Shown here one piece after another: positions 39,811-51,975 of a stretch of 64,000 nucleotides of DNA; position 1 is the stretch's first letter; every line of letters starts with the position of its first letter. Below the pieces are notes generated by a model. It made no database searches, had not been told where the DNA came from, and saw only the letters and a list, made by a program, of their open reading frames with translations. This DNA is from Takakia lepidozioides. Taxonomy: Eukaryota; Plantae; Bryophyta. The position numbers were made by a program, and so were the translations under genes. The stretch covers positions 67,208,001 through 67,272,000 of the forward strand of contig CM060732.1 in the NCBI GenBank assembly GCA_030704615.1. The letters are read 5' to 3'.

Positions 39811-40397
39811 CAACGACGCAATGGCGTGAGCGTTGCACGTGAGCGCGCGAGCGTACGCTCACGCAGGAGTGACGTGGCGTGAGCGTCATGTCAGCATGCT
39901 GATGTGGCGGTAAATGATGACGTGGCACTGTCCGTCAACTGCCACGTCAGCATTAACATGCGCCGCCTATAACCGTGGATGGTCCTATGACCGTGGAATT
40001 AATGCAGGGAATCTTGCCTAAATAGAATCAAGACGAGCGTTGAGGCATACAATTGCAGCATCCAACATTGTGCAATTACAAATGCTTGTTTCACTTTTAC
40101 AATTACGAAGACGACAAAATATCCTCACAAAGTGTGCGCCATAAAGGCTGCCACGAAGACTTCCTCCCTCCTCAAATAACAATGAGAGTTATGATCATCT
40201 TCAAAAGATGATTGTAGTGCATAGCGACAGCAAGACATGTAGACTTCGAACGGTGCAATGACAAAGTGCACTACCTAAAAGTTGTCACTCAGACCTCACT
40301 CCGTATAGTTGGAGGCCATATCATTGCACAGCCGACGAATTGATGTGAATTACATTTCAAATCATGGTCATCCACATACCACATTACATAGTTCATG

Positions 40398-42132
40398 CTA
40401 CCCATGTGTTGTATCCCGCTGCAAAAGAGTATCGACCTCGTTGAAACTCATAGTGGCCTGGTGAATGAAGTTGTCACGTTTGGGATCGCAAACCATCCTC
40501 CTCAAAAATATGAAATACAAATGTTTGCAGGGTATGAATTTACCTCTCTTGCCCAAACTGGTTGATAGCATATTCACAAAATCAGGACATGTGCAATTGG
40601 GAAATTGGAAACCGTGATGTCGTAGGTCCTGTCATGAACAGCAGATGTGGAAGTGATGATTGTGAATACCCGACCATATCCTGGATCGGGTACTTCCGTG
40701 GTGCTTCCGACACGAGCTTGGAGCATTCTTGCGGACTCCACTTTGCCAAAGTGTTCAGCGGTTGGAGGGAAACGCCGAACGAGCTTTCCATCTCGTTTGG
40801 TTGGCCACAAGTCAGGATTTGCCGGGGGACCCGGAGGACGCAGGAGTAGTAGCACATGCATGGAGTTGGGGTTGTCTCGCAAGGGAAAAACCTGCCTCCT
40901 CCAGCATTTCAATCTCCTGAAAGCTGAGATGTGTTCCCACCTTCACGGGCCAAACGGTTGGAGGAGATGGCTTCATCACTACGGAAGGACGCACAGTTCC
41001 ATGCACACATCTGGCACAATCATCTGCGCAGAACCAGAACTTGTGGTTCTTGGCTTCTGGTTGACCGTATGGACGCATCAAGCCCGTGAAAGTCGGAGCA
41101 GAGTTCGGGCACCACCTCTGGATATAGATGAAGTGCACTTCTCGAAATTAGTTGCCCTGATCGCTGTACATTTCACACGAGACCCGACACTTGTGCGTTC
41201 TATGTGCCAAACGTGGTCGGGCATGCGGACTCAAGCACATCAAGGGGGTTGTTTCTCTCCTGCACCATTTCAGTGGCACGGTTTGATGCTGGAGCTTGCC
41301 GTCGTGTTGGAGGTTCCTCCACAATGGAGGTTCCGGACACGGAGCTGTCATGCAGGGAACACGAGGCTTCGAGAAGTTATCACGGCCTGTGGGAATCTGA
41401 ATCCGAACCAGGTGGAGTGTTCAATTTCCTCTTACAGGAGCCGAATCTCTCCTCCCCTTCAAGATGTGGAACTCTAGAAACAAGTGGCGTTCCCTGGGCA
41501 TACATGCTCACCGCCCGTGCTATCTTGATTGGATCCCCAGATCTGTTTGCAGCACGCAACATCAACTCCGATTTGTCCGGACCCTTGCCACCAACCCCAC
41601 CTCGTAAGAATCACGGTATCGGGTTGTTGTTGCAAAGCACGTATCAAATCATCTGTTGTTGCCACATACAAATCCCGACCTCTTTTCCCAGACTGCTGCA
41701 ACCATGCATTGTGCACAGTTTCTGCCAAATGCAAGATGGCATGTCTGCCATTTCTCAATGGACATGTTCTGCAAAGAGGATAATCACACTTCAGAATAGT
41801 GCACAGGAAACAACATAAAGAAAGCAATGAGTCAAAAATATGGAAAGCAAATGTATGAATAAAGCATGAAATAGAAGCCTCGTACCATTGTCATGGCTGC
41901 TCCCCACTGTCTATACCGGAAGTGCCAAAACGCCAGCCAATCTTCCAATGCTCTCATACTCTCAAGTGATGCACTCCAGAAGAGAACCACCAGGCACGAA
42001 TTGGTCTGGAACAAAGTGTCCGCCTCCTTCATTGTTCTAGCATCTTTGTACTCTTTGCACAATTTACGGTGCTGAGTCTGCATCTCTGGTTTGATGTCCG
42101 ACTTTGTATGTTTTTCCAGAGATTGTGTCCAC
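40398..42132 (-). pseudogene. MULE transposase C-terminal part (post-CxxH helices, catalytic E, SWIM finger)
   Basis: WTQSLEKHT..., WLAFWHFRYRQWG, LAETVHNAWLQQSG and CTCPDF...PCKHLYFI. Frameshifts and at least one intron. Confidence 0.85.
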
Positions 42133-43560
42133 TGTTTTTTGAGGATCAACAAGACACTACAGAGGGAATCAAATCTCCTGGATGACTTACTTGTTCACGT
42201 CGTGCATAGCTGTAAGAAGCCTAGCGATGTCGTTTCCTGGATCCAAAACCATTGCCTCCACAGCAACATGCTTGTCTTTGTCTTTCGAATGTTTTCTGAA
42301 TGTATCCCATCCATGCCAGCAATCGTGGTTGCCGTCCCAGACGTAGAACATGTGGTTGCAAAATTGCTGGTGTTCTTTCCCATCATGAGGCCCAGCTCGA
42401 ACTCCTCATTGGCATCTTTCCAGCACTCATCCCAGTTATCACTGATCTCTGGAGAAACTAATGTGTTTTTCCCATTTATATCCGTCAGTGACACATAAAA
42501 AACTTGTGCACCAAGTCTATATCCATGCACAAAATCACTCTCCAATTTTGTTATGTCGTGGGAAAGAGGTGGACGCACAACAGGCATTGATATCATCCGG
42601 CACAGAGGTATGTCCAGACGCCCTCCAGATACAGCATGTCCCTTATAACCTCCTGAGAGTTTACCTTCTGGAATGACATGATTCTTTCACCTGTCAAGGT
42701 AGTGCACTTCGGATTCATCTGCTTCATCTGTATTCTCTGAGCTTTTTGCGGACTCGTCCCATCTCCAGATCCTTTCCCCTCTGATCCGTAGGCTTCGACC
42801 TCACAGTTTTCTGCACGATGCCATTCAGTTCTGAGTAAGTCATTTGCAAATAGTGAATGGCGGTAACGACCATCACTCTGTATCAAGGAACTCACCATGA
42901 ATGGTTGAAAGAATTCAGCACAATCTACACATGCAAAGCTGAGACTGCCGTATTCAAAACAAAAGCGAGAGCGATAGCGAACGGCGTTAACGACAATCAC
43001 AAAGATAACAACCTGCCGGATCGTGTTGTGTAATGACTATATGTGCAACTGATTGGCGGCAACAATCATTGTAGTTTAGGAATAGTAAGTGCAGACTCTC
43101 TCTTCAAACACATAGGACATTAAATCTCATGAGGAGAATCGAATGGCGTTAACGACGCTCGCGATTCAGTAGTTCCTGCTAAAGAATGGAAGAGGAAGGA
43201 CTCTTGAAAGGCAATCAGACAGACTATATGATAAAACTTACTGCACCTTCTTAGGTTTTGAAATTTGATCCCCTTCTGCAGCTTTCCTCTTCCCTCTCAA
43301 TCTGCTGGAGTTTCTGTCTGCGCAAGGGTTTCTTGACCTTCTTCAGGTTCGGCGTTCCGCGTGCTTCCACCTTCTTCAGTGTCCTGCGATTCATCTCTGC
43401 CTCCACAGGCTGGCGCACTCTTATCGCCGACTGTGTCGCAGCCGCTTCCTCAGTCTCCGTCTCTTGTGAATCAGTCTCCGCGTTCACCTGCTGCCTTGCC
43501 CTGTGTTCTCCAACAAACGACGCCTCGTCATTTTCTCTCTTGCTCTGCGTCTCTCTCTAA
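42133..43560 (-). pseudogene. Accessory gene N-terminal exons: acidic/basic leader plus ParB/Srx-like domain
   Basis: IPLCRMISMPVVRP..D..KLESDF..GY...FYVS and MFYVWDGNH[R]LLAW (1-nt frameshift at about 42325). Ends AMHDVN|gtaagt at 42191. Confidence 0.7.
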
Positions 43561-44376
43561 GGGAAGTAAAATAAAGAGACTTTCTTCTCTTTCGTATTCT
43601 AGAAGGAACCCTCTCCAGCTTGACTACCACTCTCCCTCTAAGCGCGAAAAGTAGAAAAACGCAGTGACTCCGATTTCTTGCGGGATTGCCTGTGTTCTTG
43701 CGTGTCTAGAAGCATCGGATCCCTCCCGCGTGACCGTTACACATAGTCGTTTCGATATTAATGCACATGCCAGCAATTGGTGTACAGCTGTTCGTATTCA
43801 GTTATGGATGTCTGACGTGTGCCGCCCAAAAAAAAACGGCGTGTTCTAAATTATAACTGTTCAATATTTAAAAAGACAGCGAATCCCAGAAATTGATGCG
43901 CAGTCTTAAACAAATAAATATAAATGAACGAGAGTTTGATGACAAATTTGGAATATCATACACGGTCATCCTTGTTATCCAAACCCACATTCGTTGACAT
44001 TTGGAACTTTCCAGGTGCGCATGATCATTGGTAGTAGTATATAGATACATTTACTTAATCTCCAATCCCATTCTCGGATCCTGTGGCATGCTTCCAGGAA
44101 GTCGGCTTTGTTATTGGGTTTATTGATGAGGTTCTGATTAACGGTTTAACAGTTTCCGACACTGCCCCTATGGATTCTCTGACCACTGGGCCCACAAGAA
44201 AAGTAATTAAATGGACGGCTGCATATCTGGAATGAATAACAGAATATGCACAGTCGTTATCTGAGCTTCCTCCGCCATATGCTCTGCTCATTCTTCAACT
44301 GTGTTCTGGAGACAGCAGTAAACCGATTTACACTAGATCTGCGATAGCAAGGTACAAACATACTCGAGGAAGGAAG

Positions 44377-46121
44377 ATGGCTTCCTCTGAAGCGGAGTTC
44401 TTCTCAGACGACAAACCAGTGCCGTTCTCCCAGGAAGTCCTTGACAATGGATTTGCAATTGTTCTGGAACATGTCTTGGCTACCCGTTTTCAGCTGCAGA
44501 ATGGCTCCATCTTTTTGGAGAAAGAGTTTACGATCTGAAAGGGAAGTTGGTGAAATATTCTTTCCAAAACCGTGATGAGACGGCTCATATCAGCCAGTGG
44601 AGAGTGCGTCCTGGTCGATACAGAGTACTTGGAGAGCCTCGGCGAAAGTTGGGTCATATGTGACGCCCGGGACTGCTGCTTCGGTCGTTGAAGACAAGAG
44701 GAGGTGGTGGTGAAAAAAGAACAGACTTCCTCCACTCCAATCGTTGAGCTTTCGGATTCTTCCGATGATGACATAAGTGAAATTCCAAATCCAGTCCTTC
44801 CTACTGTGGTTGCAGAAGCTGATGAAGAAGAGATTTGTAGTGTCATTCCAAAATTTGCGGCGATGGGAGGAATGGCTGGATTCAAAAGCGAGTTGCGGGG
44901 AATTGATTGGGAATCTTTGAAGCAGGTGCCTGTGAAGTTCTTGCCGGAGACTTTTGATGGCGATATCCTATTCGAGCTGCCTCCTCCTCCGCGAGTTGGA
45001 GGTGTAACAATCATGATGCATGAATGGACAAGAAACACGACGGGCACCCGTGGTGCAGAACAAAAACATCCAATATTCAGAATGATGACAAGCTTGTTTT
45101 CAGGAGGACAGTTTGCAATGGACACCTTAGGTGTGATATTTGAATTGCAGACACTTTCTTCAGTCTGGAGTTCATAATCAAAGCGAATGGGAGGGTCTGG
45201 CGGAGAATCCATTTCAGCCTGGGACTGCCCCTCCACCGGCAAACACTTTCGTCTGCAAATTCTGCAAACTTGTGCCATCCTGCGTGGCGCTCTGCGGAGC
45301 AAGAATGTACTATGTGTCCACCGTTTGAATACAATGACGAGAGCTTGTGTGCATTTTGGATTCCATAACCATCATGTCTCGAAGGGGATTACAGGGAGAG
45401 TGTTGAGACAGTATCGAGGTTGATCAAACAGGAGTTCGGGAGAAACCCATCCGCAACAACATCTGCAATTGCTCTTGGCGCAAGCAAGTCCTTCTTGGAA
45501 AGCCATATTTTGAGTGAAGGAGATTCTGTGGGGACTAAACTTGACGGTGCAGCATTGGACCTGGTCATGGATCATTTCTCCACTTTAAGTTCACCTAACA
45601 TTCGGCATCAGATCAATGCATTGAGAATGGGCTCTGGGATCAGAGGCTACATAGACAATATTTTGGAATTGAAACGACTGAGCAAGTACGATTACATCCA
45701 GGACAATGTATTCCCAGGTCAAGGTGCCATCAAAGTTTTTCTTTTCAAAATGTTGACTGTTGGGGAGGGCAGTGGGGTTAGCCTCGTGAAGCGGATGCAG
45801 AAGACTGGGGACTTGCAGAACTGTTTTCTTATGTTTGATCATGTGAAACGAGTGAAGGATTGGACGACAATGGCTTGTCATGTCTACGATCCAGTGTACC
45901 AACGAGTTATGACAATTGCAGTTTGTGACATGCAATCCGAGGATACGGAATCCCAGAAGCTCATGTGGAATTCCCTGATACGTGTCATGGGCTGCCATGG
46001 GCTGCCATCTCCAAATTTCGCAGGTTTCATGGCGGATAGTGCTCAAGCAAATTTCAATGCTATTCGTATTGTCTTCGGATCGGGCGACCCAAAAGTGCCT
46101 ATGCCAGGAAAAGAGCGTACA
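44377..46121 (+). pseudogene. MULE transposase N-terminal part (GCM/WRKY-like zinc DNA-binding domain plus first two catalytic D)
   Basis: CNGHLRC..C..CKFC..C..HFGFHNH, MFDHVKRV and FMADSAQANFNAIRIVF. Ends at KERT. Frameshifts. Confidence 0.85.
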
Positions 46122-49100
46122 AATGCAATGTTTTCAATGGATTTGCAGATCGACAGAGAAATCGCATGTGACAACAAGCTTGGTTCACACACTATTCCGA
46201 ATTCAGAGGATTGGTCTGATGAAGCTGGATGATTTTCGGACAGTACTACCACCAAATATCATCAAGAAGTGCGAAACAAGAGCTGCAGGCACTTGGTATT
46301 CTTTGACACGAGAGGCGTTTCTGGAGTACATGTATGCGGTAAGCCCGAGTCTGTAATCTGTTTACTTTTCGAATACATGTTTAGAGTCCCTTCGGAGCTA
46401 ATCACTACTTGAATGAATGCAGCAAGAACTGGCAGAGGCAGCTGAGAAGGGAAAATCCGAATATTACCGCACTACACCAGAGGAACTAAGGACATCAAAG
46501 GGTGTGGAAGCTGCAATAAAGAAGGAGTTTGAGATGCGAAGAACCAAATTGATGTCAGCCTTCGGAAAGCAGCTTAGAATAGTAGATCCTGGACTTGGTC
46601 CTGAGTTCCTTCAGCAGATCAAAACACACTATGACAAGCATGTGCATCCGGAGATGCAGCAGGAGAAATTGCACCGGCTGGCCATATCGATGGTCGACCC
46701 ACAAACAAAAATAAGGTGGCTGGAGATATGGAACTCAGATCAAACAGTAAAGGACTTGAATCAGTTCCCAAAGAGCACCATACAGCCAGGCACAAAGGTG
46801 GAAGGAATCAGTGATTTGGTGTTTGATAACTGGCTCCACAAGGCTACATTTTGGAGTCAGGTGTGTATTCGAACATGCTGTTTCTTATCTTCAAGTATGT
46901 GATGTGTTTTTTTTGCAATTCTGACAAATATTCTATTTGCAGCTCGAAAAGCGCGCCGTCATTGTGCTGGATCAGACTTTGAAGGACCTGAACATTGCGA
47001 TTGTTTCCCCTCCCCAAATGTCATTGGAGGCATACATAAGGAAGTGGAGAGGTCTCACCTGGAGATACTGTTTTTTCCGGGAGTTCTCCAAAGATGGTAA
47101 CATTTTACGGTCCAACGACTTTGACAGTCAGGTTGGAGGAGAGTGGGCCATGATGCGAGTTGTGTACAGGTAAATGTCATACTTGAAACTCTACTGTTTT
47201 TTGGGAAAAATGTGGCTTCATATGGATTGCAATCTTAGATCCAGATTGAATGTCGTTGACGACATTCACTTCTTTGTCTGAGTCATTCTTAAGCGAGTAT
47301 ATGAATTCACCTGGTTAGGATCTAAGGGTGCAATTATTGTCCCTGATTAGAATTGATAATGTCCTTGAATGGCGTTGACGACATTCACATACGGAGTTGT
47401 TGTGTGGTCCTCAAGTTATTTAAATTTTTGTAATGTCCATAGAGGATACAATGAGGGTTGATCACTTCATTTTGCTGAATGTCAATGCAGACATTCAGTT
47501 GTTCTGCATTGTTTTTTCCTCTTGCGATGAATATGGAGGCTTCATAAGCTCTGTTTTAAGAAATCCAAAGTGAATGTCGTTGACGACATTCACAGCTGTG
47601 TCTGTATTATTAAAAAAACGACAAATTCAATTTTCATGGATTGGGGAGCTAAGTAATTGGTTTCTTTTTTGTATTTTTGTGAATGGCGTTGACGCCATTC
47701 ACATACAGTGATGTTGTGAGGTCCTCAGTGATAGGTTCGTTATGAATGTGCATTGAGTTTTCCTGGATGGTTCCTTACTCAATTTTTTTATTTCCATCCT
47801 GTGATTTTGCTTCATTTTCAGTAATAATTTGGCTTCATTCTTGAATGTCGTTGACGACATTCACTTCTATGTCTGTGTCATTTCTAATCGCATATTTGCA
47901 TTCACCTGGATTAGGATGTATTTACAGTGTCATGGAATGGAATGTTCTGAATGGCGTTGACGACATTCATATCTGGAGCAGTAGTGTGGTCCTGAAAGGT
48001 CCTTGGAGCAGTTGTCAGAGCCATTTGTATCATGTTTTATTCTTTCTGTTCTACTTGCATCTTTTCACTCACTTTTTTTTGTGGGTTGGGATTCATCTCC
48101 TTTTTTCAGGTACACGAAATATGTGCTTATGGAAGGAAATCACCTGAGCGGAATTCCCGACTATCTTGACATGTGGTCGGACCCTGCAAACGATCCAACC
48201 ATGTATACTGCAGGATATTGAAGGACTGGAGTCCTTCTCACTTCAGAGACTGTGGGTGGTACCTTGACTGCCCACCTGAGCACACGACCTTTCAAGAACA
48301 ACATATGAAATACTTGAACAATAACGCTGAGATGCTGGCGCCTTTGACTGACGAAGAGTATCAACGAAACATAGCAACCTTGGCTGCCAAGGAGCCTGAT
48401 GCTCAGGGAACGCCGCAGAAGGGAAAGAAGGCGGGCCGCAAACCAAAAGACAAGGCTGTTGATGTCATAGCCATCTCACCAGCAAAGCCAAAGGACAAAG
48501 ACAAGTCCAAAGAGAAGGAAAAGGACAAGGGGAAGGAGAATGAAAAGGAGATGGAGAGTGGGCAGGACTTTAGTGCTGGAAGATATACCCGCACTCTTCA
48601 GTGCGTGTTCGATGCCAAGCCACACCCTTCCCGTTCTGATTCAGCAGGAGAGATGAAAATTGTTAATGAGGGTTGGCTTTCGATGATGCAGAGTCGAAGA
48701 GAGGATACACTGGGGTGCCATCCCCTACCTGGACAATATAATCTCATTCCTCAATCTGGTGAGAATTCCACTTTCTTTCCTTTTTCTCTGAATGTTTCGT
48801 TGGCAGTATTTCAGTCTCGTTCTTTGAAAACATTCTTGCCATCGTATAAAAAACATGTCTGTTGCAGGTGAGCACAGGTCCCACCTTCGTGTGCGGTGTG
48901 CAGAAAACTTATGCGGCCGACATTCATTCTCGACATCCCGGATGGCCAGGCTGTGCCAGAAGTTCTTCCAAAGGGCAAGACGCCAGGGTGGAACAAATTC
49001 GAGGACAACTACTGGAGTTGGGTATTCGGGTTCTGTAACAATTTCCTCTCTGATGCAGGGACACTTCTGCTTTTTCAGTCATGTGACAATGATAGTCGTC

Positions 49101-49970
49101 GGGCATTGGCATCATACCTCAAGTCTTCAGGGTTTGAAGTTTTGCGCACATGGAATTGTGTGAACAGCCTCTACCTTGTGAAAGGGGGTTTCCCTGGTCA
49201 GCTGGTATGCCGTCTGCCTTCTGCTTATGCTTTGATCATGAGTTTCAATTTTCTCTGCAGCTCCACTCTAGTAGAATTTTATGATCGACACCGATCATCA
49301 ACGATTCATGGTTTTTTGGTGTCAGAGTTCTGAATAGCCGATGTACACACTTCCACTTTAGATTGTGTTTACCACACTAAACCTGCTATCTTTGGCAGAC
49401 GAGGATGTTCGAGGCGATCTGCCTGCGGAGGATTCGCACATCAAAGACACCATCCTCCATCCGCAGCTTTGAGATTTCTGACCAGGGTTGTTTCGTCAAC
49501 CCCCCCCTATGAGCCCCATGTCGATGACATTTTGTACAACTTCATGCAGTCCAGTCAGACTCTGAAGAGACCAGATGGCACTCCCTGGAGAGGTGCAAAG
49601 GAAAAGTCACCATTCATGCAAATACTGCTGGAGTCATGCAGCCACCGCTCTGCACGGTGGTCGATCTTTCTGTGTCCACAGGTTCGTTTTCTCCCTTCCG
49701 AATTGGTTTCCTTTCAACAGTTTCATCTGCTTAAATCCCCCTCCTCCAAACTGTTATGTTCTCCTGTCTGGTGCAGGAGCAACTTACCACGCATGCAAGG
49801 CAGGCGGAAGAAGCCTTTTTGGTATGGAGGGTGATTCTGACCTCTACAACACAGTGCTCCTCCCCCTTTTGTCTGGCTCCACTTCAGGCACACAGACTGA
49901 TCGGATTCATATTCGAAATGATGACGATCCCGAAGATAAGCAGGTCGACAACGACTTTTCATGTGAGTAA
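46122..49970 (+). pseudogene. Accessory gene C-terminal exons ending in a beta-class N6/N4 DNA methyltransferase-like domain
   Basis: Phase-compatible exons start at 46149, 46423, 46943, 48110, 48868, about 49399 and 49777. Motifs: ILDIPDG (IV-like), NFLSDAGTLLLF, EKSPFMQILLESCS, VVDLSVSTG|ATYHACKAGGRSLFGMEGD (I-like). Confidence 0.7.
47248..47968. repeat. Intronic array of seven 20-bp palindromes GAATGKCGTTGACGMCATTC
   Basis: Copies at 47248, 47367, 47477, 47572, 47681, 47843 and 47949, within intron 47170-48109. Confidence 0.92.
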
Positions 49971-50424
49971 GTGCTAAACCCTCTTTGGGAGTCATACTCA
50001 ATTTCTCGATAACATCAAAGTTACAGTAATAACTTTTTCAGGCTGTCTTTCAGGAAAGCCAGCGGTGGATCTTCAGGAGATACAGTCATTTCTGGCGAGT
50101 CTGTTTTCGACAGCCCCCTTTCCAATTTTCTGCTCCCTGTTTATGCCGAAGCAATGGCACTTCACGCGTCCGAGTCCCTATCCCCTGACTTTTTAGTGGC
50201 CAGCCGTAGGTGTATCCAGCGTGGATCCGGTGTTCTAAAATACTTAGACTTAGATGCAGAGGAAGAGGGATACATTGTACTGACTCTGAGTCAGACTGAA
50301 CTGTATTCTTTTAATATTCATTTTCATATTATCTGGAAACGTTGAATCCCCTTACTCTACCGTAGTTGTTCCTTTAGAACAAATAATAATCACAGAATCA
50401 ACTTTCGTTTAAATTGCTATATGT

Positions 50425-50782
50425 ATGAATCCATCTCACAAACCTTCCTGACTCTTCTCATATCCATTGTGCATTCATCTACACTGTATTCATGCGTGCT
50501 CCATTCATGAAAGCTTCTTTGTACAACATCCATTGTACATTCATCCTCTGTACTCTTTAATCCACCCCACAAACCTTCCACACTCATTTCATATACTTTG
50601 TGCATTCGTCAAAAGATTTGGTCATGCATCTTCCTGTCATGAATTTTTGTCATTGCTCAACATCCATTATACATTCATCCATTTTACTCTTATCCATCCG
50701 TCATTCATCCATCTACATAGATTTTTCAAACTCATCCATCTGTTTATCATCCAACTGTACATTCATCCATCATTTATTCAAT
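50425..50782. repeat. Subterminal tract of degenerate (CA)TTCATCC(A) repeats
   Basis: More than 10 tcatcc/atccat motifs next to the right TIR. Confidence 0.65.
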
Positions 50783-51003
50783 GCCTTTTATTATGTCGTC
50801 CAGCTTGTTTCCGCGGTAAAGGGTGCCAATCCGCGGGAATACACTCCACTTCTTTCTGGGTACGTGGTGACTCGGCCTCCACGTGTGATGACGTGGACTG
50901 AGACCCGTGACGTGGCATTTGCGCAAGGTGACGTGGCGTGAGCGCAGTCGCGCTCACGCGCTCACGTGACCAGGCTCACGCCGAGGCATCCCTGAGTGTG
51001 GCC

Positions 51004-51975
51004 ATGTGTCTATTTGGGGATTTTGGGATGAACATAACATGCAATGTTTATTAGGGTATAATAATGGTCAAAACAAGTTCTGTCGTTGATTGCCCATATA
51101 TTGACCATACCGAAATTTCAGAGTTTGTTTGATTTGTGCATCAGTAACCCTAGGGGATGTCCAAAAATGATTGGACATACCATGTAGAAGGTGCGGGGAT
51201 GAGACTCACTTAGATATGTAGGAATTCCTGTAGGTACGAGATTCTTGTATGAGTAGTTTGGTCTCGCCTTTAATGTGTGTGTGCAGGTTCCGTATAGGTG
51301 CTATGGTCGGGAATCTAGCCCTTGTTGATATGAGCCAGAACGGGTATGTGTGCGACCGGTGGATAGAGCTGGTCGAGGGGTTGGTGATTGGCTGAATGGC
51401 ACCAAGTTGAGCAAGATGGTTTGCAATGTCATTACCTATTTTTAAGGAACCATCAGTATATATGCAATTTTGTGGTGGGAATTTCAAGGTTGTGGGTTCC
51501 GTGAAATCTGGGAGTGGTATAGTAAAGGGTTTTTGTCTCACTGCCCAAAGAGGTCTGGGGGTCACACGTCTCCATGGTTTGTCGGGGTTGATTCGGGGGT
51601 ATTCGTTGGGTGTTTGGGTAGGCGGGTGGACAGTGGCTGTGTGACCAAATAAATGTTTTAGAATCCGGTCCAGTTGATGGTGGAAAGTGGTAGGTATTTG
51701 CGGGTTTTGTGAGTGGTGTACACATACCAGTCTAGTTAGTAAAGGTTCTGGGTATTTCATGTAATTGCGCCATGGCGATGGGGGTTGATAAATGATCGTT
51801 CGAGGTTCAAATGTAGCTAACGTGAATACTCCAGGGGGGTCGTTTAGTATTGGGTGTTTAGAGTTGCTATGATTAGTATTAGGAATAAATAAGATGGTGA
51901 ATGTTTTTGGAGACAAATGTGCAGCAATGCGCGCCCAATGAAGCGCTTCACTGGCGGAAGTGGCATTGGGGGGGT
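51004..51975 (-). pseudogene. LINE ORF2 middle/C-terminal remnant: pre-RNase H domain, internally deleted RNase H, zinc knuckle start
   Basis: CIYTDGSLK is fused directly to IGNDIANHLAQLGA; also LKFRYGQYMG and CMLC. Confidence 0.78.

Larger units (their letters stand above)
39811..50994. mobile_element. 11.2-kb Mutator-like (MULE) DNA transposon with an accessory gene and an internal inversion
   Basis: 9-bp TSD agtgtggcc (39802-39810 and 50995-51003). Imperfect TIRs CAACGACGCAATGGCGTGAGC / CAGGGATGCCTCGGCGTGAGC. Removing the element restores the LINE zinc knuckle. Confidence 0.9.

Noticed and set aside
39811-39928. N-terminus of the 248-aa ORF as real protein
   Set aside because: It is read-through into the transposon TIR; the true upstream sequence is at 51004 and above
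40647-41818. Plus-strand ORFs of 276 and 204 aa
   Set aside because: Antisense shadows of the minus-strand transposase C-terminus
44490-45302. 270-aa minus-strand ORF
   Set aside because: Antisense to the transposase N-terminus, with no motifs
47248-47968. CRISPR array
   Set aside because: Eukaryotic intron, no cas genes, and spacers of 75-140 bp that are related to each other
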